Below, piece by piece: positions 26,135 to 37,214 of a stretch of 64,000 bases of DNA. Position numbers and translations under genes: made by a program. Source of the stretch: Octopus vulgaris (Eukaryota); the NCBI GenBank assembly GCA_951406725.2, contig OX597824.1:85808001-85872000 (forward strand), written 5' to 3'. Under the pieces are notes generated by a model that worked only from the letters and a program-made list of their open reading frames with translations, had not been told where the DNA came from and ran no database searches. Numbering within the stretch: the first letter of the stretch is position 1; each line of letters opens with the position of its first letter.

Positions 26135-29100
26135 TCAATCTTCAAGGTCCGTGGTTTTCGATTCAGTTGTCTGTTCCGTTGTTGTTTCGAGCTCTTGGTC
26201 TGGTTCATCTGGCGGTGCCTGGGTACTGATAGATACCATTTCTTCTGGTGTTATAATCGATAGGGCGCCGAATTGTCGCAAGAAGGCCACTGTGCAGTTC
26301 CAGCCATGCTACAAATTAGAAAGTTGCAGTTATAGAAGACAAAGAATTTGACGGAGAAACGAGTCAAAGAAATCGAGGACTTACTTGAAATAAATAGATT
26401 TCGTCGGCTTCATCCAGGTCAATATCATTATTGGTGATATGACCAGTGTAAATACCAACAGTACGGGTCAAGTCGGCTTCCTGGAAGATAAACAGGAGGA
26501 GTAAGTTCAACCATCTTATATATGCTGATGTTGTTACGTCAACTATATACAACGATACTTACCGAAGTCAGTTTATTGGTTTCATGGATAGCGTTATTAA
26601 TTGTCCCCCAGAATGAGGATAAATTGGTTATATTCGACCTTGCTGACAATTTACTATAGTTGTAAAAATTGCGAGAGGTTCTTTTCTCAATAAAACTTAT
26701 AATTTCAGTAACTGGAAGCTGAAAGAAATAAGAGTGAAAAGTTTACCAAAAAAATCCAATACAAGTTTAGGTATATCTAAGGCCAACCAACTCACCATCT
26801 CCTTGGCATCAAAATGCTTTTGGAAAAAAGCAAGGCACTCATTTTCATTATTTTCAACTCCAAATAACGACCGAATTTCTATCGCAGAGAAAGATTCCTA
26901 TAAACAGAAAAGTGACCAAACCCATTTTCAAATGTCCGTGTATCAAAGTGAACGATAAATACGATTTAGAAGAATTTAGTTTCAACGCTTACTTGGTTGG
27001 TTATCTCCTTTGTCAAGTCAGAAACCGATGCCAAATTGTTGCAGTCTTTGATTTTCTCCAAAACCTGTTTATGGACAGGAATTCAGTTATATTTAAAACC
27101 ATTTGCATCATCAGGATTAAGCTAACTTTATTATAGCCACAAGGGCTCAAAAGGATTAAGCTCAATAGACAGATTTAAATTTGAAAATTTGTAACTTACC
27201 CCACAAAGCTTTGTCATGGCCTCTGGAAACTCCTCAAATAGCATTTTCATCTGCTTAATATTTTGACAGACCTCTTTGTATTTCCTTTAAAAGAAATACA
27301 ATTTAGTTGAAACTAAATGCCATCAGTTATAAAAGTTAAGTTCGTATTTAAATAAAGATTAAATTATCTGAAGTTATAGTCTACGCCCACTCCGTAGAAT
27401 TGGTTTACTACTCAGCTTGCCATACAGCATATGTACTCGTAAAATACTTACTTGCCAAGGTCGCTTTCGGGTATGGCGATAGCAGCTTCAGTAAGATCCA
27501 GGCGTTCCTTCATTGTTTTATATGTCTTAGCGGTGTGGTAATCGTCGAACTGGATTTAAACGAGAATACAAATTTAATGCGCTGAGAAACATGAAGTCAA
27601 AATTCAAATTTTTTTTGAACGATAGGCTTTAGTGTGAACAATTTCGTAGTTCTTGGAAATTCTTACAGAAACTACACAGTAACTTACGTTATTCCATTTT
27701 TGTAAATTATTCCTGTTTACTGGTATTCGTTAATAAACAAGGATAGCTCGTGATTAACTGGGACATCTTTATAAACCAGGATACAAAACTGAACGCAGTG
27801 GACTGCAGTACTGAAACGAATATAAAAGTGGGGAAACAAACTTACCATGATAAATCCGAGGCTTTGGGAATTGACGCCAGAGAAACGTTCTCGATGCAGC
27901 GTTCTAATATCAGGAGTTGGACATTTCTGAAGAAATGAGTTATAGGATTCCATCGATAGCCACCAACCATCGAAGCAATGAATGGGGTAGTTGCAAAGTA
28001 TCCCACCATCCAGGTAGTAGCTTTCGGGGGAATCAGCGACACTAAATTTCACAGGCTGGGACAAACCTATTAATAAATTTATGAGTGATAAGTATTCAAA
28101 AACGGGTTTCCAACGGTCATGGGAAGAACAGAAACGATTTTATGGAAATTAAGAGTCAAGCTAGGTTTTCAAAATATAGAATTGGATTCGAAGACAAAAT
28201 GAAGCAAAATAGTTAGGGCAAGAGGATAAAAAAATTTTCTAAGTGGGCAAATTTACAAATTATCAGGTAATATAGGCTAAAAGCTACATTGAGTTGGTCA
28301 AACGTCTAACTTAAAAACATTAATTTTTAAATGTTGGAACAAGACAGCAAACCATTAGGTTACCGATGAGGAAAATTGAACTGTAGATTGCATAATTACC
28401 GGGAACAGAGATGGTCATAAGGACTGCAAGACGAACAACGACATCAGGTGTTGTTTTGGGGTGGAAATATTCTTCCTTCATTCGGTTTACGTTCACAACA
28501 ACAATACACAATTCCTTGCCAGTCTTTTTGTAAAGCTGAAAGTATGAACAGCAATTAGTGTTAGAATTGTTCTCCCAGTACATATTCTTTGTAATAAAGA
28601 CATGCATTGTGTACTTACCTCTTGAAATGTTATGTCAGCGTTTCCACACTTTTGCGTTAGAACATTGCCGAACCAGTCAAAGAATTTTTGGCCAGAATTC
28701 CAACCGAATTTCTCGAACACCTCATCTTGGGTAACCTCATTAGTGCATTGGTTGTCTGAAAAGGGTAAAAAAATTTGTTCTAGATTAAGCTTAGTTGCCA
28801 CACAGGGATTTAGTTTTTTTTGCCGTGACTTCCGAATGCCAATAAATGTAGATCTAACAACAATTACCAAGAGTTAAACGAAAGATATCGAATCCTAAAA
28901 CTGCAATTTTAACGATGCTGGAATCAGTTATAAACACTAATCTCTCTATATATATATTATATGTATATATATAAAGCTGAAATTGTCTGTGTATGGCAGC
29001 CTTCAACTAACACTATATCCTCCGAGACCCTGCGGCAAAAGTTGACCAAAATTGAGAGTACGATAGAAGGCTTGCTCTTCCTTCCGTAGAAGGAAAAGAG

Positions 29101-30063
29101 AAAGAAAGAAAAAAAAAAAAAAAAAATCAAATCGGACCATGTTAACACCAAAAAGGTGCTTTTTTTCCTATGAAAATCCCTATTTTTTAACGATTTTTTG
29201 ACTGTGTCGTCATTTTTCGGTATATTGCAACCAGAAAAATGTTCACTTAAAAGAGAATAACAAGCTACAGGATGCAAAATTTTTACTTTTCAAAAATTAT
29301 AATTCTAAAGGGTCGAAACAAACCATAGCAACGCCGGGCGATACTGTTAGTTACGTATACAACAATACTATTTATTAATTGCAGTGGAGACACCTATTCG
29401 AGTAGGTAAGCAATAAGTTTTCTATGCAAAATTATCGAGGGAGAGAGTGACAGTATTAACGAATATCAAAAACTTTTCTTACCAATCAAAAGTTTTTCCA
29501 GATGTTCACTGACAGTCTGTTGTAGAGAATTGCAACTGAAACCAGCGGCCAAAAGACAGGCTACGATAGCACCAGTTCCAACACCACTAAATCGTTTGAT
29601 ATTAGAGAGAATGCCAGTTTTCTCGAGGACCTGCAAGATTTCCAGAAGTTTAAAAGAGAAGTGTTTATTTGAACAAAATGTGGCTAAAGAGTTTATGAGA
29701 ACGAGGCTTCCGATTGCGATTAATGTAAGAAGCTTCAAGTTTAAAAAGATATAAAACTACAGTCAGTAGATGAAAAAAAGATACGATAGCTTTAAACTGT
29801 ATATTTAAGTACTAATATATTTATCAGAGTAATTTAAAAGAAGACAGCGTTTGCGTATTTTAGAAATAGAACTATTGAATAAAAGAAAAGGGGGAAGATA
29901 AAAATAAACTTACTTTTAATGCTCCGGCATAAGCAAATGCTTTGGCACCACATCCTTCAAAGATTAGATTTTCAAATGGGTACTGCTTTTTCTTAAGGGA
30001 TGTTAGAGGCAGAAGTCCTGGGCTCGATTCAGATCCGAGGTTACGTGAACTTTGGTTTCCCAT
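26135..30063 (-). CDS. Patatin-like pseudo-phospholipase paralogue B, 12 exons, 524 aa
   Basis: Minus-strand exons 30063-29914, 29630-29483, 28755-28619, 28535-28400, 28066-27846, 27549-27452, 27284-27200, 27064-26993, 26897-26796, 26718-26563, 26480-26385 and 26308-26135 join in frame (1575 nt). Motifs: FENLIFEGCGAKA, FSGVGTGA, YLDGGILCNYPIHCFDGWWLSM. Acidic, Thr-rich C-terminal tail. Confidence 0.9.
28940..29351 (+). mobile_element. Helitron-like element in intron 2 of paralogue B
   Basis: Shares the 3' end caacgccgggcgatactgttagt with 59135-59156 and has a TA-rich 5' end. Confidence 0.55.
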
Positions 30064-30100
30064 GTTGCTGGCGTCAGTCCTCGTTGAGCTCTGACAATCA

Positions 30101-30160
30101 ATATTTATAGCTTGTTTAAGACCTATGCAAATTTGAGTAGATTCCATTTGAAATTGTTCC
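30101..30160 (-). promoter_or_regulatory. Promoter of paralogue B: octamer ATTTGCAT plus TATAAAT
   Basis: ATGCAAAT at 30125-30132 (+) and TATAAAT on the minus strand at 30103-30109. ATG at 30063. Confidence 0.6.
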
Positions 30161-30454
30161 GCCCGTTTTTATTTTACGTGACCAGGTGAAGTGAAAATTA
30201 CCTCCGTGAATTGCAATTATATTACTGAAAGTTTTAAGTTCAGTTCCTGCCCGTTCTATTAAAGTAATGCGTAAAACAAGTAAAATTTGTGGATAAAATT
30301 TTTCATCTGCTTTCTTTTCTATTTTCCATCTGTTTTCTTATCACATGACATGTATTGGGTTACCGATTTATAGTAGCTAACCTTTCGACTTATTTTAGAA
30401 CATAATTGAGTTCATAAAATAGGATTTGACAACACCTCCATTTAGAGCACAATT

Positions 30455-30904
30455 TAAGCTTTTCGTGGAAGAAGGTTCATGTTCCTATAACCTGTATTAA
30501 TTCTGTAACCCTTTAAAAATGGAAGATAATAAAGTTCATTTTCGGCACTTGATGCTTTGGGAACCAGACAAAAATTGCTGCAGCTTGGCTGGGATGTGTT
30601 ACCCCACCCTCCATATTCACCAGATATTGCTCCTTCGGATTTCCACTTATTCAAGTCTCTGCAGAATAGTCTTAATGGTAAAAATTTCAATTCCTTCGAT
30701 GACATAAAAAGATACCTTGATGAATTCTTTGCCATGAAACTACCTCAATTCTTGGAAGAGGGTATTTTCAAGTTAAAGGAAAGATGGAGATGTGTTGTGC
30801 AACCAAATTGGTCATATTTGGTTGATTAAAAATGTAATGGCAAGTATTTATAGACCTTTTTCTTTCCTTTAAAAATCTGCACGACCTTTCCGGACAACCC
30901 AATA
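30455..30904 (+). mobile_element. Internally deleted mariner element
   Basis: The N-terminus MEDNKVHFRHLMLW is fused directly to the C-terminus LGWDVLPHPPYSPDIAPSDFHLF (mariner YSPDLAPSD motif). TIR-like end ...ttccggacaacccaata. Confidence 0.85.
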
Positions 30905-31267
30905 TTTCATCTTACGATACTTTCACCGCATCTTTCCTTCCACTGGCTATTTAAGCCAAGCATGGGCAACCTTTGTCGAGAAGCGGATCGCATTAGACAT
31001 AGCGCATCACCAGGTGGACCGCACAGCTAAACATTTTTGGAAGGTAGTTTTTGTTAGGCGGGCCTTCCAGAAAATCCCATGGGCTGTAGGCTGCCCATAA
31101 CTGATTTAAGTCAATGTTTATTCATATCATTTGACATATCTCTATAAGGTATCGAGTCGTACCCGTCCAATCACAGACTAGTTGGAGTTGACACCCCTTT
31201 TCTTTATTGCCCACAAGGGTCCAACACAGAGAGGATAACACAAAGACATGTGGGGATACATAACAAA

Positions 31268-31782
31268 TATCGTAAATCCTCGAGTATAATCCACCCTTGA
31301 GTATAATACGCAGGGGATTTTTAGGGAGCTGTACCTCTGAAAAACCTAAAACGTGTGTACAATAAGCACCCCTTCTCTAACTTGAGTAAGGAGATCTATC
31401 TAACGTCCTTGGTTTGTAAAAATGTATACGGTAACATCTTTTATTATTATAGTATATATAACATAATGCAAACGTGTATCTTTTTTGTGCATTTTGTTTG
31501 CAGAAAATAAAGAAATAACAGTAATAACGTTTAATAAATGTTGCTTACTGCAAGCTATGGATGATTCTTTTATGACTTCATTGCTTTCAGGCTTAGCTTA
31601 AGGTATTTTCGCGCCCTTCATCACAAAATGCATCTGAATAAACATTGCTGGACAGCAAATAGACACTCGGACATTGCTTAGAAAATAATTTTCATTTTTA
31701 ACCTCGTATATAGTACGCACTAGGGATTTTGACCTTTAAATTTTGCGGGGAAAATGCGGATTATACTCGAGGATTTACGGTA
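31268..31782. mobile_element. pogo/Tigger-type MITE
   Basis: Terminal inverted repeats ta(t)cgtaaatcctcgagtataatcc ... ggattatactcgaggatttacggta. Confidence 0.8.
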
Positions 31783-32199
31783 AAAGAAAAGAGAAGTGTG
31801 TGTTATAATGAATGATAAGATGAAGATGAGAAATGGAATAAAGTTTCCTCAGCCCCACCTCTGAGCTTCTACATTTTTACCTCCTTTTTGAACCCGGAGC
31901 CTTCTAAAATATCTACTCCGTACTCCTTCAGAAGAAACGTGGCAGTCTAATAACTGTTTCTTTATTATCCACAAGGGGCTAAATATAGAGGGGACAAACA
32001 AGGACAGACAAACGGATTAAGTCGATTACATCGACCCCAGTGCGTAACTGGTACTTAATTTATCGACCCCGGAAGGATGAAAGGCAAAGTCGACCTCGGC
32101 GGAATTTGAATTCAGAACGTAACAGTAGACGAAATACGGCTACGCATTTCGCCCGGCGTGCTAACGGTTCTGCCAGCTCGCTGCCTTATGGCAGTCTAA

Positions 32200-34626
32200 T
32201 AACGCGTCGATGTCTCCCGTGGTCATGTCTGCAAAGCCGTCACCTCCAATGATCGCAGCCAACTGCAAAGCTTTCTGTACTGCGGAGTGTTGGATTTCGG
32301 CAGGTGTAAATCCTTTGTTGTCCTAAATAACCTCGGGCCGCAAATTTTTCCAGCTCGCGTTAATGGTGGCAGGTTTCATTTCTTGCAATGCCTTCTGGAT
32401 GTTTTGAAGGCAGTTGCAATTGTGTAATGCCGCCATTATGCCTTCAAATCAAAATTTTCGTCTTCGTCTTCTTGGGCGGCATCCACAGAAGCAACCAGGT
32501 CCGCCAGGACATTCCTCGTGTATAGGGCCTTGAACGTCCTGATAACCCCCTGATCCACTGGTTGAATAAGTGACGTAGTGTTGTAGGGCGGCAGGAACTC
32601 AATATGAATGCCTTCATGCGACAGATCAGTAGCGTGGCCACCAGCTTTATCCATAAGGAGAATCATTTCGAATGGCAAGCCCTTCTCTAATAGATACACC
32701 TTGACTTGCGGGATAAAACACTGGTGGAACCAGTCGGAGGTCAGCATCTTCGTTATCCACGCCTTTGGATTGTGCAGCCAATGTACAGGTAGCAGATTCT
32801 TGTTTTTGTTTTTTAAAGCCCTTGGGTTTTTAGACTTGTAAATAAGTCCTGGCTTTAAACAAAATCCCGCAGCAATGCCCCACATCACGAGGGTCACACG
32901 ATCTTTGTATGCTAAAGCCATAGGTTTTGCTTCCTCTTTGAACAGGAAAGTTCGGGACGGCATTCTTTTCCAAAACAAACCCGTCTCGTCCATATTAAAA
33001 ACATGTTCGAGCTTATATCCACCTTCGGAGATAATCTTCTTGAAAGTTTCATTCACTTATGTTTCAGCAGCGCTCGTGTCAGCAGAAGTGGCAGTGGAGG
33101 CGCAATGGCCCAGTGATTAGGGCAGCGGACTCGCGGTCGGAGGATCGCGGTTTCGATTCCCTGACCGGGCGTTGTGTGTGGTTATTGAGCGAAAACACCT
33201 AAAGCTCCACTCGACTCCGGCAGGGAGTGGTGGCGATCCCTGTTGTACTCTTTCGCTCAATTTTTTCTCACTCTTTCTTCCTGTTTCTTGTCCCCGACTT
33301 CCTACGCAACAGCTGAGCCTGGATGCGCATTCATCCATCCGTCGATGCTCTCGGTGTCGGGGGGGGGGTGTTTACCTACTCTCTCTTCTGCGGGTCTTAC
33401 GAATAGCAAAAGGACCACGTTTCGGACTTCTCCCATCTTGCGAGCTCTGGGACGAAGACCGTTCGCTCAACAGCAACTGCAGAAGCAGCCTCGCCATGCA
33501 GGAAAACGCTTTTTAGGCGGAAGCGTTTCTGAAACTTAACAAACCACCCTTTTCTAGCAGAAAAAGGACGTTTTTTAGATTGTGAATCACTGGACGTCCC
33601 TGGTTACGGATCTTCTACGTCGTCTTTGTCTTCTTCCTCTTCTTCGTGGTCGCCACTGTCGTCCTCAGGTTCCTTAGCGGCGAAAGTTTCGTACAGGCTC
33701 CTAGCCTTTGCTTAGATGATGTTCGTATCCAAGGCTATGTTCTTCTTTCGGCAGTCGGCTATCCATACGGCCAAAGCAGCTTCCATGCGGATGATAGTTT
33801 TATTACAAGCCGTAACCACTCTCTTTGCCGACTTCTTAAATGTGATGGCAGCCGTCTTCCTAATGTTAGCCTCGTCCTTCTTGATGTAGCGAACGGTGGA
33901 TTCGTTCACGCTAAAATGGCGGGCTACGGCAGAGAAAGTTCTCCCTTCCTTTAACACATCCAGAAGTTTCACCTTCTCAGCGATCGTCATTATTCTTCGT
34001 TTGCGTTTAGGCTCAGTACCAGCCTTGGAAGAAGCAGCACGCTTGGGAGCCATTGCAGGGGATTTTTAGGAGCCTGTACTTCTGAAAAACCTAAACCTCG
34101 TGTATAATACGCACCCTTTCTCTAACTTGAGTCAAGGAAGTCTATATAACGTCCTTGGTTTGTAAAAATGTATACGGTAACGTCCTTTATTATTATAGAC
34201 GCAAAGTTCAACGCAAAGAAACAAAAAAATCACACACAGCACAGCGTAAAGTAGTACAGTAAACCACTCGGTGAGAAAGCTTGAAGCGAAATGGCCGCGA
34301 GAGAGAGACAAGGAATGATGCTGCGGATCTGAGCATCAGTCAAGGAACCAATCACAGGCCAGAAAACAAAATAAAAAGCTGTGATTCGTCGTCTGTCTCC
34401 ATTGCACTAATCACAGCCTGTCTTAAGTTCAAATACCCCTATATATGCTTTTTTGCTATTTTACGCTTGTTTTGTTGTTCCTAGACCAGGAAATAATGTT
34501 TATTATTAATATTTTAATGGATTTAATGAAAAATTTTAGGTGTTCATATATATATATATATGTTTTAAAAATCTCCGAAGTTGTGAATCCGTGATAGTTG
34601 AACCGCGAATTAGCGAGGGATCACTG
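32200..34626 (-). mobile_element. Tigger/pogo-family DNA transposon with a disrupted transposase, containing a nested SINE
   Basis: ORF 34053-33712 encodes a CENP-B-like HTH (MTIAEKVKLL..VARHFSVNESTVRYI). ORF 33056-32436 encodes the DDE region (VFNMDETGLFWK, LLMDKAGGH, QPVDQGVI). Terminus TA|CAGTGATCCCTCG at 34626. SINE inserted at about 33094-33510. Confidence 0.88.
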
Positions 34627-34883
34627 TATAAAGCACAACAGCCCAAAGTGCATGCTGTTGGGCGTTAGATGCCAATCTCGAGAGGCTTAGAGCCCCCTTG
34701 AATCGATAAAAAATCACTCTTCTCACCATATCAACCGCAGCTTTCCAGATGGCAAGTTTTAACCTACTCAGTTCTCTGCCTCATCACGCCTTCTATACCT
34801 GTGTCAATTTTCAGCTCCATCCGACCACTGGCCGCCAACCTCTGACATAGCAAAAGGTGCGCACAATTTTGACCCAAAGCCTC

Positions 34884-34884
<1 letters not shown>

Positions 34885-34931
<47 letters not shown>

Positions 34932-35405
34932 GCAACACACACACACACACACACACATACTCACACGTACATACGTACGCCTATTGCATACATGTTTTTT
35001 GTTCGCATACATGTTCGTGTGTGTGTGTGTTGCCCGTATATCAACAAAGCACTTTTTCCTCTATGGAAAAAACCCCAACAAAAGTCTTAGCAAAAACTTG
35101 CTCGTCGCTAAAAGGGGATATAACTCCTGTTTGCAAAGAATGGTGATTTCTCCGACTTGAAAATTGTTAAAAGTTTTGGTTGAAAATTTATTTTTACTGC
35201 TATTCGCTGGTGCCTCTGGGAAAAATAAGTTGACAAAAATACAGCCAGGATCATGACGAATATCCTCCTAAAATTGGAGCGACATGTGTGCTAATTTGTG
35301 GACGTGCATAAATTACATTCCGTATACATACACACACACACACACACACCCTGCCTTATATATACACAGACTAACTTAAGGTGACCCGCTCTACGCGCGG
35401 GTGAG
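34885..35405. repeat. Second copy of the 1585-1918 element, with (TA)n/(CA)n and an internal hairpin
   Basis: Direct sequence match. tatgggcaacacac...gtgtgttgcccgta forms an inverted repeat. Confidence 0.7.
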
Positions 35406-35692
35406 GGTGTGGTTGTTACTTTCTGTTGTTTCCTTTCTGTTTCTTATCGCCAAATTCTCCCTCTTTGTTTCTCTCTCCTTTCTTTCTCACTTTCCCACTC
35501 TCTTACTCTTCCTTTCTCTCGGACTCTCCCTCGCTTTCTCTTACTCTCTACCTTTCTCAATCTATTTCTCTTCCATTTATAAAAAGATTAGATTTCCGCG
35601 CTTAAATTACTAATCCGCTTCGAATTTACCATGTTGAAAAGTAGATTGAAATCGGGCAAAAGGTGTCCAATCTTAAAATGACTTAGCAGTTC

Positions 35693-35896
35693 GAGATCGA
35701 TAAAATAACTTAGCGGTACGTCAATCGAGATCGATAAAATAACTTACCGGTTCGCCCAAGGAGATCGATAAAATAACTTAGCATTTCGCCAGAGGATATC
35801 GATAAAATAACTTAGCGGTTCACAAAAGGAGATCGATAAAATAACTTAGCGTTTCGCCAATCGAGAGCGATAAAATACCTTCGCGGTTCGGCAAAG
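35693..35896 (+). repeat. 34-bp minisatellite (6 units) derived from a SINE segment
   Basis: Units start at 35693, 35727, 35761, 35795, 35829 and 35863. Consensus gagatcgataaaataacttagcggttcgccaaag, close to the SINE segment acttagcggttcggcaaaagagaccgatagaata. Confidence 0.85.
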
Positions 35897-36334
35897 GTAT
35901 GTCTTATGGTGATTCATACTAACTGTTTTTCCATTTAATAACACGCACTTGGACAGCCAACGGCAGCCGCTATACCCTCAAAACCACTGTATTTTCCAGC
36001 ATGCAAGTCGAATTTTACAGATTAAACTTTAAAAAGAAGAGAAAAAAGGTAGGTCGACTTGGAGAACCAAAAATTCCATGCGAAATACATCGCTCTATGT
36101 TTTTTTAGTTTCTTTTTAATGTGACAAAAACCTGCCGCCAACTGGTAGAACGTTATCTGATAACTTTCAAAACCAAAGCACATCATGTTTGTTCCATGGA
36201 CGACTCTTGATACTAGTCTTCTGCAATTTCTGTCTGGTTCCCAAAGCATCAAGTGCCGAAAATGAACTTCCATTTTAAAGGGTTACAGAATTAATACAGG
36301 TTATAGGAACATGAACCTTCTTCCACGAAAAGTT

Positions 36335-37214
36335 CTTTGAAAGATGAATTAGTTGATGAGGATTTAACTACATATCGCAGCTATTCACAATCATTGCACG
36401 ATGACATGGTGGAGCGATTTCAAGATGTTATTGCGCCGAATATTTCAAATTGGTATAGCAATCCGTTTGAGGTTAATGCAGTCGATTGCAAGGAAGACGT
36501 TCAGGAGGAATTGATAGCATTACAAAATGACAATGAAGCCACAATGCGATATCGCCATTATAGCAAAGGTTTGTAGTAGCATCAAAGTAGATTGAATTCC
36601 TACCTCAATCAGCGGTAACATCTGAAATTACTTTTGCTTGCCTTCCCTACTTCGCACCTGGTTGAATCTAGTTTTAGACATATTGGAACTTTACTTTCCC
36701 AGAATAGAATTGGACTGGATGTGACACAATGAGAAGACTGGCGTCTAAAGTTGACAAGTTTGAAACCGAATGTATCGCACCAGACACATGGTTCTCATTA
36801 AAGAGTTTTATTCTTTTTCTTTATAATACAATCATTAATTATTTCTGCATCGGTAGTTCTGATCAATGATTCATTTGGGGAAAATGAAAATCAGTGTAAA
36901 AGAAAGCGCAAGTTTCCAGAAGTTAATCTGGTTGCATAATATAGAACAAACGTTAGAATTTTATTTACATTAATGGCAAAACTAAACCCACAATAAGGGA
37001 TTTTTAAACTATGCATATTTAATTCAAACAGGGCAACGAGTCTACGACGTAGTGTGTGTGTCAAATGATAGGTGGGGTTCTCCTAGGGGATTTAGTGATG
37101 GTGAGGGATTTAGTGTCAGGTTTGTTTGTTTTTTACACAGGTTGGCTATGGAGCATTTTTTGGCCGATAGGTGGACGATATCGCAATTTGGCGCAAAAGG
37201 TTTGGGAAACACTG
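36335..37214 (+). mobile_element. hAT (Charlie/Buster-like) transposase C-terminal relic with right terminus
   Basis: SLHDDMVERFQD..NPF..VQEELIALQND and LLAFPTSHLVESSF..NRIGLDV..RLKL (hAT dimerisation region). Ends aaaaggtttgggaaacactg. Confidence 0.75.

Noticed and set aside
35693-35896. CRISPR array
   Set aside because: Eukaryotic context, no cas genes, and the 'spacers' are about 14 bp and homologous to each other. It is a SINE-derived minisatellite.
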